From Octopus sinensis (lineage: Eukaryota): a stretch of 64,000 bases of DNA. Below are positions 23,600 through 37,033 of this stretch, in pieces. The notes beneath the pieces are model-generated. The model worked only from the letters and a program-made list of their open reading frames with translations, did no database searches and was not told where the DNA came from. The stretch spans positions 150,226,001 to 150,290,000 of the forward strand of contig NC_042997.1 in NCBI RefSeq assembly GCF_006345805.1, given 5' to 3'. The position numbers and the translations under genes are program-made. The stretch's first letter is position 1. Each line of letters opens with the position of its first letter.

Positions 23600-25003
23600 A
23601 TTGGCAAGTCGAAGTCATCAAAAAATCAGGGCACTTGAAGAAATGCAATACTGTGAACCTGCAAAAACGAATATTTAACTTTTCTAGTATGTGTTGATTG
23701 ATATTTTATTTCTTCCGCCGTGTGCGTGTGTGAGTGTGTGTGCGCGTGTATGTGTGCATTTTTTGCATTTTAAAGTATATATATATATATATTGTTTACA
23801 TTATCCAAATAACATAACAAATGTTTTCTCATCTACGCCAAACTGTAAAAATCATGTTGGATATATAAATAAAATCAATGAAGTTACATAAATTTATATC
23901 GCTTATCAATCATTTAAATCAATAAACCTAATAGAAAGAGTTATGCCTTAAATTTAATTAACTATTTATCGCAGAATTAAAAAGAAGGTGTGTGTGTGTG
24001 TGCGTGCGATATTACTTACTAGAGGAGAACCATGTTTTCATACATCTCGCTAATAATTTCCAACACCCATACAAGGATTTGCTTCCAACAGCTTGAAACA
24101 TTTCCAACTTCTTAGTTATTTTTGTTCGTACCGACAACATCTACCTCCCCCCTTCCGTTTGCTACAAATCTACCAGCTTTAATCCCGACCTCGAATTACT
24201 TTCTCGCATCCTGTTGTATAAAATCAGCCATTCCCATAAGATTTTCTTTGCCCCTCACCTTCCAAAGACTCGTCCCAAATCGAAACGAATGCGTCATTTT
24301 TTTCTTCTCAGGCTGACCAAGCCTAATCGATCAGTCACAAGCTATTACCGTGCAATGTGTTATGCACTTGTCTCCCAGAGTCTGAATTTCAGCCCCCCAC
24401 CCCCCAGCATCACCCTATATATTGCAACTCAGCTGCTTGAACACACCTTGTTTCACAACCTTCGTTTTTCTAAAATTCTATCTCGAAACCGCTCCTTTGT
24501 TTCCAAACTTTAGTCTATCTCGCATCTCTCAAACGGGACAAACATCTATGTAACACTTCGTCGGCATTGGAATATTCAGTCAGGTATATCCTTATACACT
24601 CGACTTGAAAGCCCTTCTTGTTTTATCCTCTCATTTGTATGCTCAAAATCTTGTCTATCTCTATTGACCTTAACTCTTGGATGACATCACTCAACGAAAC
24701 ATTGCTGGACGGCAGTAGCAACATCAAGGGAATGTTCAGATATGGAGCCGCACGCATTAATTCTTTCGTTCATCTCCCTTACTTATTCTGCTGGTTTCCA
24801 TCTCATTGGCTCACATGTTAGCTGCAAACACAAAAAGCAACACTTTACCCTCAACTCCAACAGTCTATCCCATATGTGTGTGGGGGAAGAGAGAAAGAGT
24901 GTGTGTGTGAGGGAGGGCGGTAATAAGAAAGAGAGATGATAAAGGAATAAATAACTATCTTATGAACTTCATTAGTTAACTGCTGTTTCTGCTATAAGAT
25001 ATA

Positions 25004-25234
25004 TATTTCTTTACTACCCACAAGGGGCTAAACACAGAGTGGACAAACAATGGCAGACAAACGGATTAAGTCGATTACATCGACCCCAGTGCGTAACTGG
25101 TACTTAATTTATCGACCCCGAAAGGATGAAAGGCAAAGTCGACCTCGACGGAATTTGAACTCAGAACGTAACGGCAGACAAAATACGGTTACGCATTTCG
25201 CCCGGCGTACTAACGTGTTTGCCAGCTCGCCGCC
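25004..25234 (-). mobile_element. SINE family B, full length with 18-bp TSD
   Basis: Reverse complement of 16594-16822; TSD TTTCTGCTATAAGATATA at 24986-25003 and 25235-25252. Confidence 0.93.
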
Positions 25235-26846
25235 TTTCTGCTATAAGATATAGTGGACTCATTGCTGCGTGCCTGGATAACGCCTTATAGCTTCATCGAG
25301 GATATGGTTTACTCCTTGCTGGATATATGCCGTCAAATGAGACAGGATTTCTTTTTAAGCAAATTTCAAGCCTTTGTGTATTTAACTCTCGAATTAAACA
25401 CGTTTCAAATTTGTTTTTCTTTTCTTTTATACTAAACGAAACGAAGCACTATTTCATACTTTGTGGGAATCATCAGCGCAGTATTACTCTAGACAAATGT
25501 TAATCATATGTTAAATTCAACCTTTTAGAAAGTTACAAATTAGAAGACAGAACGCTATGCTGAAAATAAACAGCACATATAACTTCATGGTTATTAAGCA
25601 TGTATACACTTCTGTTTGCCATACACGCCTTCCGCTTCGCACCCACTTCTCACCTCAAACCGCTATACATTTCTGGGCATGAGTCAAGATATGTTATGCT
25701 GTTATTCTAACCACTCCTTTATACCTACTAATTCTTTTCATTCTAGACCAATCCTTACTGATCTCAAACCTCCGTCAGATATCTCTAACATTCTCTCTGT
25801 ATTGCCTGTCGTCTGCGTTGAATGTCTGTCACTTTTGTCTAACTTTTACTTTCCCTTTGCATGCCAGTTATCGTTCCTCGCAATCGAGTTTTCCACCTGC
25901 GACTCTCCTATTTGAACTGAACTGTAGCTTACAAACATTGCAAACTCTCTAGCAACTCCACACAAAGTTGACTTCCCTCTCGTTTGTAGAACTCACAAAC
26001 CATTTACACTATCTTATGCAAGTTTCTCTCTGGCTCCAACGCATAATCTACTGTGCGTTGAATAATAGTTCATAGGCACTTATTTCCTCTTTTCATGAGG
26101 TAAGAAAATTTTCATAAATTTTCTCCTCATCAGTTCTCTCCCCTACTTTTTTCGACTACATATCGAAACTGTAGATTGTTTTATTCGTAGCGGCTTATCA
26201 ACTCACCGAATACCAATAATAGTTTCCTCGATATTCTGAACTATACGATATTTACATATCTCCCTCTCTCTCACAAACACATAATTTCTTATAATTGCAC
26301 ACAAGCACATATATACCGTGTCTCACACGCACATACGAACATGCATATCCAAACTCGCATTCACCCACAAACTGCTACGCGCAGTAAGGACAACTAATAT
26401 GAACAGATTTTTGACGATAAAATCAAGCCACATATTGAAATATCGAAATATATAATATACTCTAAATCTGGAGATAAAATATATTACGTATGTAATTTTT
26501 TCAATTTGTGGCTTGTCTTTATTATTAAGTGTCTCTTCGTTTAAAGCAGTTTTCATGTACAATTTTATGTATTTAATCTGATTCTTATCTCTTTTATTGA
26601 GTTCTGCCTCCAATTTCAGTGCATAAAATGTATTTTCGATACAAATGCCAAATATTTAAGCATATGAGATATATACATAACACGCATAGAAACACCCACA
26701 CATATGACTAGGAGTAGTGTATGGGTCTTATTTATGGTGACTGAGTAAAGAATATATGTATGTATGTATATCTATATATATGTATATGTTTGTATATGTA
26801 TATACATATATGTGTGTGTATATATATGAATGAATACATGTGCATG

Positions 26847-26878
<32 letters not shown>

Positions 26879-27593
26879 ATATATTATATATATATATATA
26901 TATATGTTTGTATGTATATGTATGCATGTGCGCGTTATTTGATCTAAAAACTAGCATGTCTCAAAATGTAACAAAGGTTGTAAATCAACCTCCATCCCGC
27001 AATATGTATGAATGCATGTATATGTATGCATGTATGTATGTATGTAGACGTGTATGTATACCTATACGCATATATACTTGTATTAACATGTGTATGCATA
27101 GAAATTACATCTGCAATTTTCAATACGAAATCTGTCATTTTCCATGAATATATTTTATGTATCATACCAGTGAAAATTGAGTAATTTTCTGTCTTTAGGT
27201 TTCCTTCCTTCCTTCCGTCCTTCCTTTCATTCTTTCTTCCTCTCTTTTAGTTCTTACTCTTTTCTCTTTGCTACCAGACCCCTCTGTCTTCATCCATTTC
27301 TCTCATCAAATTTGTATCATCTGTAAGTTTGTATTCATGCTTGTTGTGCGAACGTCTGCGTCTTCTATCTGGAATATATTAACCGACTTTTCGTCGATTA
27401 CGCAGCGAGGAAGAGTATGGCCATTTAGACTTCAAGTGTACGTTTATTCTATGAACTACGAAACGCGCCTCAAACATACCTAAATATAGGGAAGTAGTGT
27501 ATTACCTAAGAATACCACATTCACGTACGAATGAAATATCGTGATTAAATGTGTTGAGACCTTTACAATGATTTCATAATAATCAAGAGACGT

Positions 27594-27643
27594 TATATAT
27601 ATATATGTATGTTTGTATGTATGTACGTATGTATGTATGTATT

Positions 27644-27688
<45 letters not shown>

Positions 27689-27849
27689 GTATGTATTTAT
27701 GTATATATGTATGTATTTATGTATATATGTATGTATTTATGTATATATGTATATATATATGTATGCATGTATATATATATATATGTATTTATGTATGTAT
27801 GTATATATATATTTATGTATATCTGTATATATATATGTATGCATGTATT

Positions 27850-27890
<41 letters not shown>
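27594..27890. repeat. Complex (TATG)n/(TA)n microsatellite
   Basis: Directly visible. Confidence 0.95.
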
Positions 27891-27895
<5 letters not shown>

Positions 27896-27897
<2 letters not shown>

Positions 27898-27920
27898 CTC
27901 TGTGACGCAATCGGCTAGCT

Positions 27921-27957
<37 letters not shown>

Positions 27958-27968
27958 ACTCAGAGACG
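27896..27968 (+). tRNA. tRNA-Asn(GTT), probable pseudogene
   Basis: Acceptor stem GTCTCTG/CAGAGAC and anticodon arm TTCGG-CTGTTAA-CCGAA are intact; D stem is mismatched (ACGC/GCTC); T arm is one base short; T6 at 27974-27979. Confidence 0.88.
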
Positions 27969-27983
27969 AGTGGTTTTTTCTTA

Positions 27984-28154
27984 GGTATAGGAGTGGCGGT
28001 GTGGTAAGTAGCTTGCTTACCAACCTCATGGTTTTGGGTTCATTGTCACTGCGTGGCAGCTTGGACAAGTGTCTTTTACTATATCCTCAGGCCGACCAAA
28101 GCCTTGTGAGTGGATTTGGTAGACGGAAACTGAAAGAGACTCATCGTATATATG

Positions 28155-28185
<31 letters not shown>

Positions 28186-28386
28186 CTGAGTTTGTCCCCC
28201 CAATATCGCTTGACAACCGATGTTGGTGTGTTTACGTCCCCGTAGCTTAGCGGTTCGGCAAAAGAAACCGATATAATAAGTACTAGGCTTACAAAGAATA
28301 AGTCCCGAAGTCGATTTGCTCGACTAAAAGTGGTACTCCAGCAAGGCCACAGTCAAATGACTGAAACAAGTAAAAGAGTAAAAGTG
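27984..28386 (+). mobile_element. tRNA-derived SINE family A, full length
   Basis: Same head, central and tail blocks as 15247-15861. Confidence 0.92.
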
Positions 28387-28387
28387 C

Positions 28388-28412
28388 ATATATATATATA
28401 TATATATATTAT

Positions 28413-28463
<51 letters not shown>

Positions 28464-28571
28464 CATACATATATATATATAATATACATATATATGATAT
28501 ACATTTATATAGAATATACATATATATATATGATATATATATAATATACATATATAATATGCATATATATA

Positions 28572-28628
<57 letters not shown>

Positions 28629-28880
28629 GCATATATATATGATTGTATGTATTATTCGTGTGCATAACAATATATATAATACACACATATATATATTTAT
28701 ATGCATATTTGGATTTTAATACATGCATATATTATTCTAATATATGTATATGTATAGTTGTAGTCTAAGATATAGATATATTTATTTGTATTATAATACA
28801 CACCTACACACACACACACACGCACGCACACACACACAAACACACAACACACCTACACACACACACACACACATTACATA
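28388..28880. repeat. Complex (TA)n/(CA)n microsatellite field
   Basis: Directly visible. Confidence 0.9.
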
Positions 28881-29431
28881 CTCAGAAACTCATATATCAC
28901 GTTCACATACATGTCCGCAAATACAAATAGAATATAACCATCTGCTAGACTTGTATGTATGACGTATTTAATCAATTACAAACTACCCAGAAGAAAAGAT
29001 TTATTTGGCTAGTAATGGCCAGGAAACAAAAATAAATGTATCTCTTTCACTCTTTTTCCTCCACTCTCTGCCTCACTCACTATTTTACTACACGCACGCA
29101 CATACAAAGACCCAGGTACACACACACTCACACGTATGTATATAATGTGTGTGTGTGTGTGTGTATAAATTCTGTCTCCATATGCCATTCTCTGTCTCAT
29201 TATTTCTACTTCATGACCAGTAGAGCCAGACATATTTCTTCTTTCGAAGTCAGCGAACTTCATGTCAACATTGATCGACCAATTTTTCATTCATTCTCAG
29301 AAAATGTGCCATACGTATAAATTAAGGTACATAGGTATGTAGGTATGAATATATTGCGTACGTGTATGTTGGTATATATGTTGGTACGTACATGGGTATC
29401 TGTCTATATATATATATATATATATAGATAG

Positions 29432-29462
<31 letters not shown>

Positions 29463-29684
29463 GATACATAGATACATAGATAGATATATCACACTTACAT
29501 ACGCACGACTATGCGTGCGCCTGGACGTTTAAGTATATATATGTTTATAAATATGTATATATATGCACGTTTGAGGTTGTATGATCGCATGTATTATCCG
29601 TGTGCATAAGAATCTGTGGAGGCATGTATATGTACAGATTTGTATGTGTATAGGTAACTTTGAGAAATAAGTGTGTATGCGCGC

Positions 29685-29749
<65 letters not shown>

Positions 29750-29756
29750 TATATAG

Positions 29757-29793
<37 letters not shown>

Positions 29794-30257
29794 TCGTTCC
29801 AAGTTGTAGGCTACAGATTTGCTGAAATCTTGGTACAGATGCACACCTATTGAAGGAAGATCAGATATGCTATGCAGCTTTGAAGCTCTATATTTGCTTT
29901 GTAATAGTTTTCTATTTGCTTTTTCTTTATTTTTTTTTTGTTTGTTTGTTTGTCTATATCGTATCTTGAGAGATATTCTATAATGTGTAGGTGAAACCAT
30001 TCTGAAGCAATCAACATTCTTGAAGTAACTAACTGAAGATTAACAGTATGTTTCCCAAAGAATTTATCTGAAATACTGAATTTACGAAATTGCATTTATC
30101 TTGAGTTTATGTCCGTGTGGTTACGACGTACACTCTGCAGCTGCAAAAGATTTGATTTAGTCTGACTGCATAGCACTTTGGGCGAGTTACTTCTATTCCT
30201 CCAGGTAGGAGGCCAATGTTTTATGTACGAATTTGGTAGACACAAACTGAACGGATA

Positions 30258-30377
<120 letters not shown>

Positions 30378-30757
30378 CACAATCCTACCATCTCACAGTT
30401 TGGAAAACGTAATAAATTTCTTTACGTCCCTTTAAATTTGCTCTTCTGCAAAATATGGATAGATGTAATAAGTACACAAACACACACACATATATAAAAT
30501 ATAAAATTATGTGTCTGTGTGTGTTTTCTTGTAGGAAGGTGTGTGTATATGAGGGGTAGAAATGCAGGATTCATTGAACTTCAGAGAACACATCTTGTAG
30601 TATTAGGATCTGAGTTCAAATCCCACCCACATACAGTGTATCTTTCATAATTTCAATGTCACTTTTTACGCAAACACTTGTACCTGGAATTATATTAAGA
30701 ATAAAATCGTTGGCAAAATATTCAACTTTTTATGCTAGCATAAAATGTATATGTGTG

Positions 30758-30788
<31 letters not shown>

Positions 30789-33000
30789 AAGGGTTCTTAC
30801 TGTTGATGTGGCAACAGGAATGCTCATCGCTGAAACAGGCTCGAAACCATTTAATGTTTTAAATGTAGCACACACGATAATTTGGCAGGTACGTTTGAAT
30901 TAATGCACGCACGAGTGCATATATACCGCTGCTTCTGTGTGTGTGTGTGACTATCTATGATTATGTTAGTGTGTTTTCATATTTTGGCTTGCATACAAGT
31001 AAAAGTTAGTTAAAATATTTGTCATAAATATACTGAAGATCCACACGTACGCACACACACGCACACATACTTATATGTATACACACTATTCGAATCAATT
31101 TTCTAAGCTGGTGGTCTTCTTTACCCGAGCAAAACGCATTTTCTCTGTGTTTTCGTTCATTTCTTACAAATCATTCTTTTCTCCCACTTCTATTCCCCTC
31201 AACACCCCAATCTCACACGCCTCACATTTCTATCCATCTTTCTTTCTCTCTCTTACTATTTCGCTATTCTTCTTTCTGTTTTTTTATATTTTTTACACCT
31301 TCTGCTTTGCCACTTTATCTTTGTCTTCTTATATGTGCCTACCTACCCCAGATATCTACCTACCAATGTATAGCGCGTATGCTTACTCAATAAATCAGTA
31401 CGTACCTAAGTAAAAGAATATGTCAGCCTGTCACAACTCTCTTCTCTCTTTCTCTCTCTCTCTCTCCCTCACACTCATTTCGTATCGGAGTGTTTTACAC
31501 GTGTTAACAACAACAAACTGTGAATGAAACAAATAACCAGATGGATCATATACTAATGTAATAAGCCAGTACAAAATACATACATAAGAGGTCGCGCCTT
31601 TAACACGGCTACCCCTCTACATACAATCACACGTGTGTGATATATATCCGCACAGCACACGAATCGTTCACATCAATTTGTCTGCCTTTAACTCACTGCG
31701 AAACTGTAATGTCTTTATTACATCCCATCATCACTCCCATCCCGTTCATTCTTTACGGAATCAAATGAACTTGACTGAGAAGAGGTTTTGGAGAGTTTTA
31801 AAGATCTTTTTATTATCTCCATATTCTTCTGTCTGTTTGCTTGTCCTTCTTCTCCCCCCCCCCGTCCATATTTGTAGATTACTTTGCATTATTTGTTTGC
31901 CTGTCTACTTCTCCCTCTCTCCATAGATATTTCGCTTACTAATTCTCTTACTTTCTTCTCCCCATCTATCCCTTCATATCTAGAAACTTTAGCTTTCCTT
32001 TCTCTGTCTTTCTCAGCCACTCCTTAATTTTTTTGATTTAATTTTCTTTCATATTTCTTGAACCTTAAATTGTATTTCTTAATTTGTCTCTCTCCCTTAT
32101 CTGTCTCTTAAAACTTAGATCCCTTAGCTCTCTCTTCTCTATCTGTCTCTCTATCCCTGCCATTCCCACACATACCCTCAACTCCCTCCTTAATTTCTAA
32201 TTATTTAGCTGGGTTTCTCAAGATGTTCGTCTCTCCCTTCATCCAGTTCTCTTAATTTTTCCAATATTTACACATATACCACAGAGCGAAATAGATTGTT
32301 TTTCCATTGGGTGATGTGGATGTAATAAACATACATACATACATACATACAGTTTGGCATGTATGCAAATATGCAGACACAAATAGGCCATGCATGTATT
32401 TACACATGCACATATACTTGCATGCATGATTATTTTATCTTGATAGTTGATAGCCTTCTTATTAACCAGTGTTCAGTCAAACTGCTTGATGCTGTACGTT
32501 GATGTTGCACGAGAATTTTAGAATCAGCTGCTTATTTACAAATTGCACATCAAGCGCCACTAACAAATCTCATCTTCTGTGTAGGGTTAGTTGCAAGTCT
32601 CCGTAGAATGATATATATGTGTGTATGTGTATTTGGGTGTCCTCACAGTCTAGCGTTGTATTAACTCCCTTTGTTACGTGCACTATACGTTAAGACTGAT
32701 AAGATGTTATCGCCTGTGGATAATTTCTGTGCTTGAGGTTCCGTAGGAAATTATATAACCTGCTCATAAATGGTGCATATTTTCGTAATGTAAAGGCCCT
32801 TAATCATTCTAATTCACCACCAGCATTTTTCAGCCAGTTTCGTTTATTTTTCTGTCTTTTAAGTTGCATTTTCAGTAGTTTTTATATCTCTAATCCTTTT
32901 TTATATTTATCATAGGTATAATATAACTATTTATATAAAAACAACAAAAATGAACACGTGATCGTTTTTTTTTTTGTTTGCTATGGTCTCCTAAATGCAG

Positions 33001-33150
33001 GAGCCCGGCGTATATCTTGTAATATATTAAAGAGGAAATCGACCGTGTTTAGACTTGCAGTAGCATGCTGTTATGTACAAACCGAAACAGGCATACCAAG
33101 GTTTAAGAATATTTTGTTATTGTTAATGAGTTTTAATACAACAGTGTATG
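33001..33150 (+). other. Candidate 150-nt exon, unassigned
   Basis: T-rich tract plus TGCAG acceptor at 33000, ATG|GTAAAT donor, one open frame (ARRISCNILKRK..FNTTVY). No recognisable domain. Confidence 0.2.
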
Positions 33151-33271
33151 GTAAATTAATGAACAAGATTTAATGCGCTGTCGTGTACAAAATGTAATGC
33201 ATGAATAATATACTCATTGGTGTAGATAAATACGTAATCAGGTTAAGAAATAGAATGGTTACTATTCTTAC

Positions 33272-33291
33272 CTGTTTTCTGTTTGTGGCGG
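33272..33291 (-). other. Candidate 20-nt micro-exon
   Basis: TTTCAG|CCGCCACAAACAGAAAACAG|GTAAGA on the minus strand. Confidence 0.2.
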
Positions 33292-33975
33292 CTGAAATTT
33301 TGTTTCACTTAAATCGTTAATGACTTAAACACGAGTATGAATATCACATAAACTCATTCTCTTATTCGATCTCTCGTCTTCTCTATCTCTCGACACAGTC
33401 AAGCATAGTTTGCAGATGAACATGCACGCACACATACAGCGACATAGAAAGAAAGATTAGATTTATTTGCAGCTGAATTTGATCGAGACGCTACTATACA
33501 TTTCCGCTTCCGTTTCCTCGGGTGATGATTGGTTATATTTAGAGCTGAGACTTTTCTGTCATAAAACTGGACAAGATATACGCATTGCTCACATGTAAAA
33601 CAGCAATACTGATTTTGAAGCGAAGTTAATATAAATTTTTCTTGAATTTATCATTGGGTAACTATTTGTATTGTGATATTTTCGACACACATAATTAATC
33701 ACACAAGCTACTTGCACTTCGATATTTACGAGAAAATGCAAAGTTTCCAGTAACACTGTAACATAAGCATAAACACCCACGTACTAACAGTAATGACACA
33801 CACACACACAGACACACACAACTGCCGTAAAACACACACTTCAAAATTCAGGAAAAGAGCTAAGAACTCCCACTTGTACATATTCCAAAATTGATATCAC
33901 TACATTCACATTCACAGATTCATCACTGCAAACAGCTTTTATGCCAATGACTAGCGCGTACAGATACATACACAT

Positions 33976-34026
<51 letters not shown>

Positions 34027-34489
34027 AAGCACGTTATGAGACACAGCATACACGCTCGCATTCATGCATATAACCTTTTCGCAACATGCAAGTTATTGAC
34101 AATACTGTAACATACATAACGAAAATATACGAAGCATACCTTCACACTCTCCTCCTATGGTACTTTTACGCAATAATTATCAAAATAGAATTAACTCATA
34201 CACAGATACACACATCCGTACACTTCGTAACAAAACATTAATAAATATAAATAGTAGTTCATTCATTCTAGGTTCCCAATATATTCACCAACGATGAAAG
34301 TACCACACTCACGCACGTCTTAATAGCACAAGGCATGCTTACATAAGCTTATACGTACTCATGTACATTGACTCAATGCGGTTTCCATGTTTCCTCGGAA
34401 TACATAAAGCCCTTTTACTTTGCTTTACTTTCAGTCGGTCTGTCGAATTAATTTTCAACATTACTCAATATTGTCTACCAAACTTTAAC

Positions 34490-34520
34490 TTCCTGATGAA
34501 GGGATTAAAATCAAAACGTC
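34490..34520 (+). ncRNA. Degenerate hammerhead-like motif in a PLE-type relic
   Basis: CTGATGA-A-GGGAT(taaa)ATC-AAAACGTC; stem I does not pair; followed by AAACTAATAC as in the 470-690 family. Confidence 0.4.
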
Positions 34521-36138
34521 GCATACTTTCTAGTATTTTGAAACTAATACTCACACTTTGTTTCCACTTTGTTTTCCTTGTTATATTTTTTCTTAACTTA
34601 GCGCACACATAGACATATATATATTTAAATGTGTAAATATTCGCGTATGAACGTTATACAACAAAACATTTCAAGTATTAAGTAAAAGTAGGAAAAATGC
34701 ACAGTACGTATGCAAAATGTATAAAATATACTTTTACATAGCAAAAGTTGAAAATTTCATCTATAGCTAAACTACGTTGCGGTATCTCAGTTACTTGCTT
34801 TTACTCTCTAAATCTAAATCCTGTTCAGGTGTCCTGCAGATTCCGTACATCTGGGACCCATAAAAGTACGTACCAATCATGTACTAGAAAAATGTCAATG
34901 ACTGCACACATCCTTAAAAACGTGGGACTTTGTATATATATTAGAAATTATTACATTTGATTATGTTGTCCTGTGTGTACGAAGATGAAGTTAGGTGGAC
35001 ACAGTTGAATTATATACTTTCGATCATATGTCACGCATCCTAAAAGTTTTATTAGTGGGGAAAACCAACAAGTGATAGATACTCTTTACTCATTCTTATT
35101 TCAGTACTCTAATTGAGGCCATGTTACGACATAAGGCTCTTGTTCTTATTTGGAAGTCTGACAGTGATTTTAGCGGTTTCTAATTATTGCACCACTAATT
35201 ATGGGACATAAACACAACCGTGGTATCAAACGCAAAGAGACATGTACTGAAGCCATAAAACCACACACGGGAGCATACATATAGAACGGTTCCACAGTCT
35301 TCTGCGTATCAGTTTCGTTCGACCGCATTACTTGACACGTGAGCTTCTTTGGGGTTTTTGATAAAATCTAATGCAAATATTCAGGTATAGTCTTTCATAC
35401 GATGATGTCATCTTAACTTCTTTTAAATCTACCCAAAGTTAAGGTAGAAGACACAAGCTTATGGTACCTTCTAAACAACACTTGTTCCACCTCCATTTTC
35501 CGACTGGAAAATTTTGACTGTACATGTACTCTTCTTGGCATAACTTCTTTTTTTCTAAAAAAAATTATGAAGAAAATAGGGATTTCACACACGAATTCAT
35601 CGATTCATGAAGCGTGAAACGAAAAATTTAACTCTTAATAAAATGAAATTCAAAAGTAAAAACTTGTGCAAGTAAGCACTAAATCATGTTAAGATCGCTG
35701 ACATGCACATGTGTATTTTCTAACCAATGTGTTTTTAGGCTAACCCCTGAGCTGAAATATCGTTTTTCACATATACGAGCCGATTAATTTTCACCTCTGG
35801 CACGACTCTACTTAAATTTATTTGTGTTCATCTTCATGTATTTACTCTTAAACCAGGAATTTTGATGAACAGAGCTAATTGCCCTATTTTAGACACTATA
35901 AATCTCTTTACCGAATATCTATTAAGTCGATGTTTAAGCTAAATGGCAATGTTTTTTTAATATTTTCATTGTTTTCTCTGTTTTCACATTCTTCCACTAT
36001 ATATGCTTGTTTGTTTGTGTGCGTATAACTTTTTTTTCGAACAGCGAAGGAAACAAACAGAAACGAGACATACAACATAAAAAATATTCCCCTTCTTCAG
36101 TTGTCCCTGTTTCATCTACTCTACGTGTCGAAGGCAAG

Positions 36139-36193
<55 letters not shown>

Positions 36194-36215
36194 ATATATA
36201 TTATATATATATATA

Positions 36216-36550
36216 TACTCTTTTATTCTTTCACTTGTTTCAGTCACTGGACTGCGGTCATGCTGGAGAATTGGTTTTACATTGACACCAGGATCTATTC
36301 TTTGTAAGCTTAGTACCTATCCTATCGGTTTCTTTTGCCGAATCGCTAGGTTACGGGGACGTAAACACATCAACATCGGTTGTCAAGCGATGGTGGGGGG
36401 GGACAAACACACACACACGCGCATATATATATAAATGCATATATATATACATACACACATACACACACGACGGGCTTCCTTTAATTTCCGTCTATCAAAT
36501 CCATTCACAAGTCTTTGGTCGGCTCGAGACTATAGCAAAAAGTACACTTG
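36216..36550 (-). mobile_element. SINE family A, head truncated
   Basis: Reverse complement of the family A central and tail blocks. Confidence 0.88.
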
Positions 36551-36971
36551 ATTACTAGTTTATTTATTTATTTTTGTTAGCCATTGCGCCACAAAGTAAA
36601 AAATGATTGCGAAATACAATTTGCAGGCATTAGAAAAGGATGTTAAGATAGATAGACAGACAGATAGACAGACAGAAGAGTTTCTGACATTTTTTATTAT
36701 CCTCACATCGGTCTCTAAACGCGTAGTTCATTTTGAAGTAGTTTTATTTTTGAAGGTTTTGCTCTTTGTCGACTACATCACTTATTTCAAACAGTATGAT
36801 TAAAAGAATTTAATATTATTAATCATAACAAAAAAAAAAATAATAAAATCTGACTGTACTGTCACTCACACATAACATGCACACTTTCGTTTAGACATAA
36901 TTGATTACATGTATCTATACCTTTATGTGTGATTTTAAATGTATATGTACGTGAGTATATATATAGTATAG

Positions 36972-37033
<62 letters not shown>

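Noticed and set aside
24100-26150. Possible very old LINE around the 25-kb SINE
   Set aside because: Composition is suggestive but no diagnostic motif could be read in any frame.
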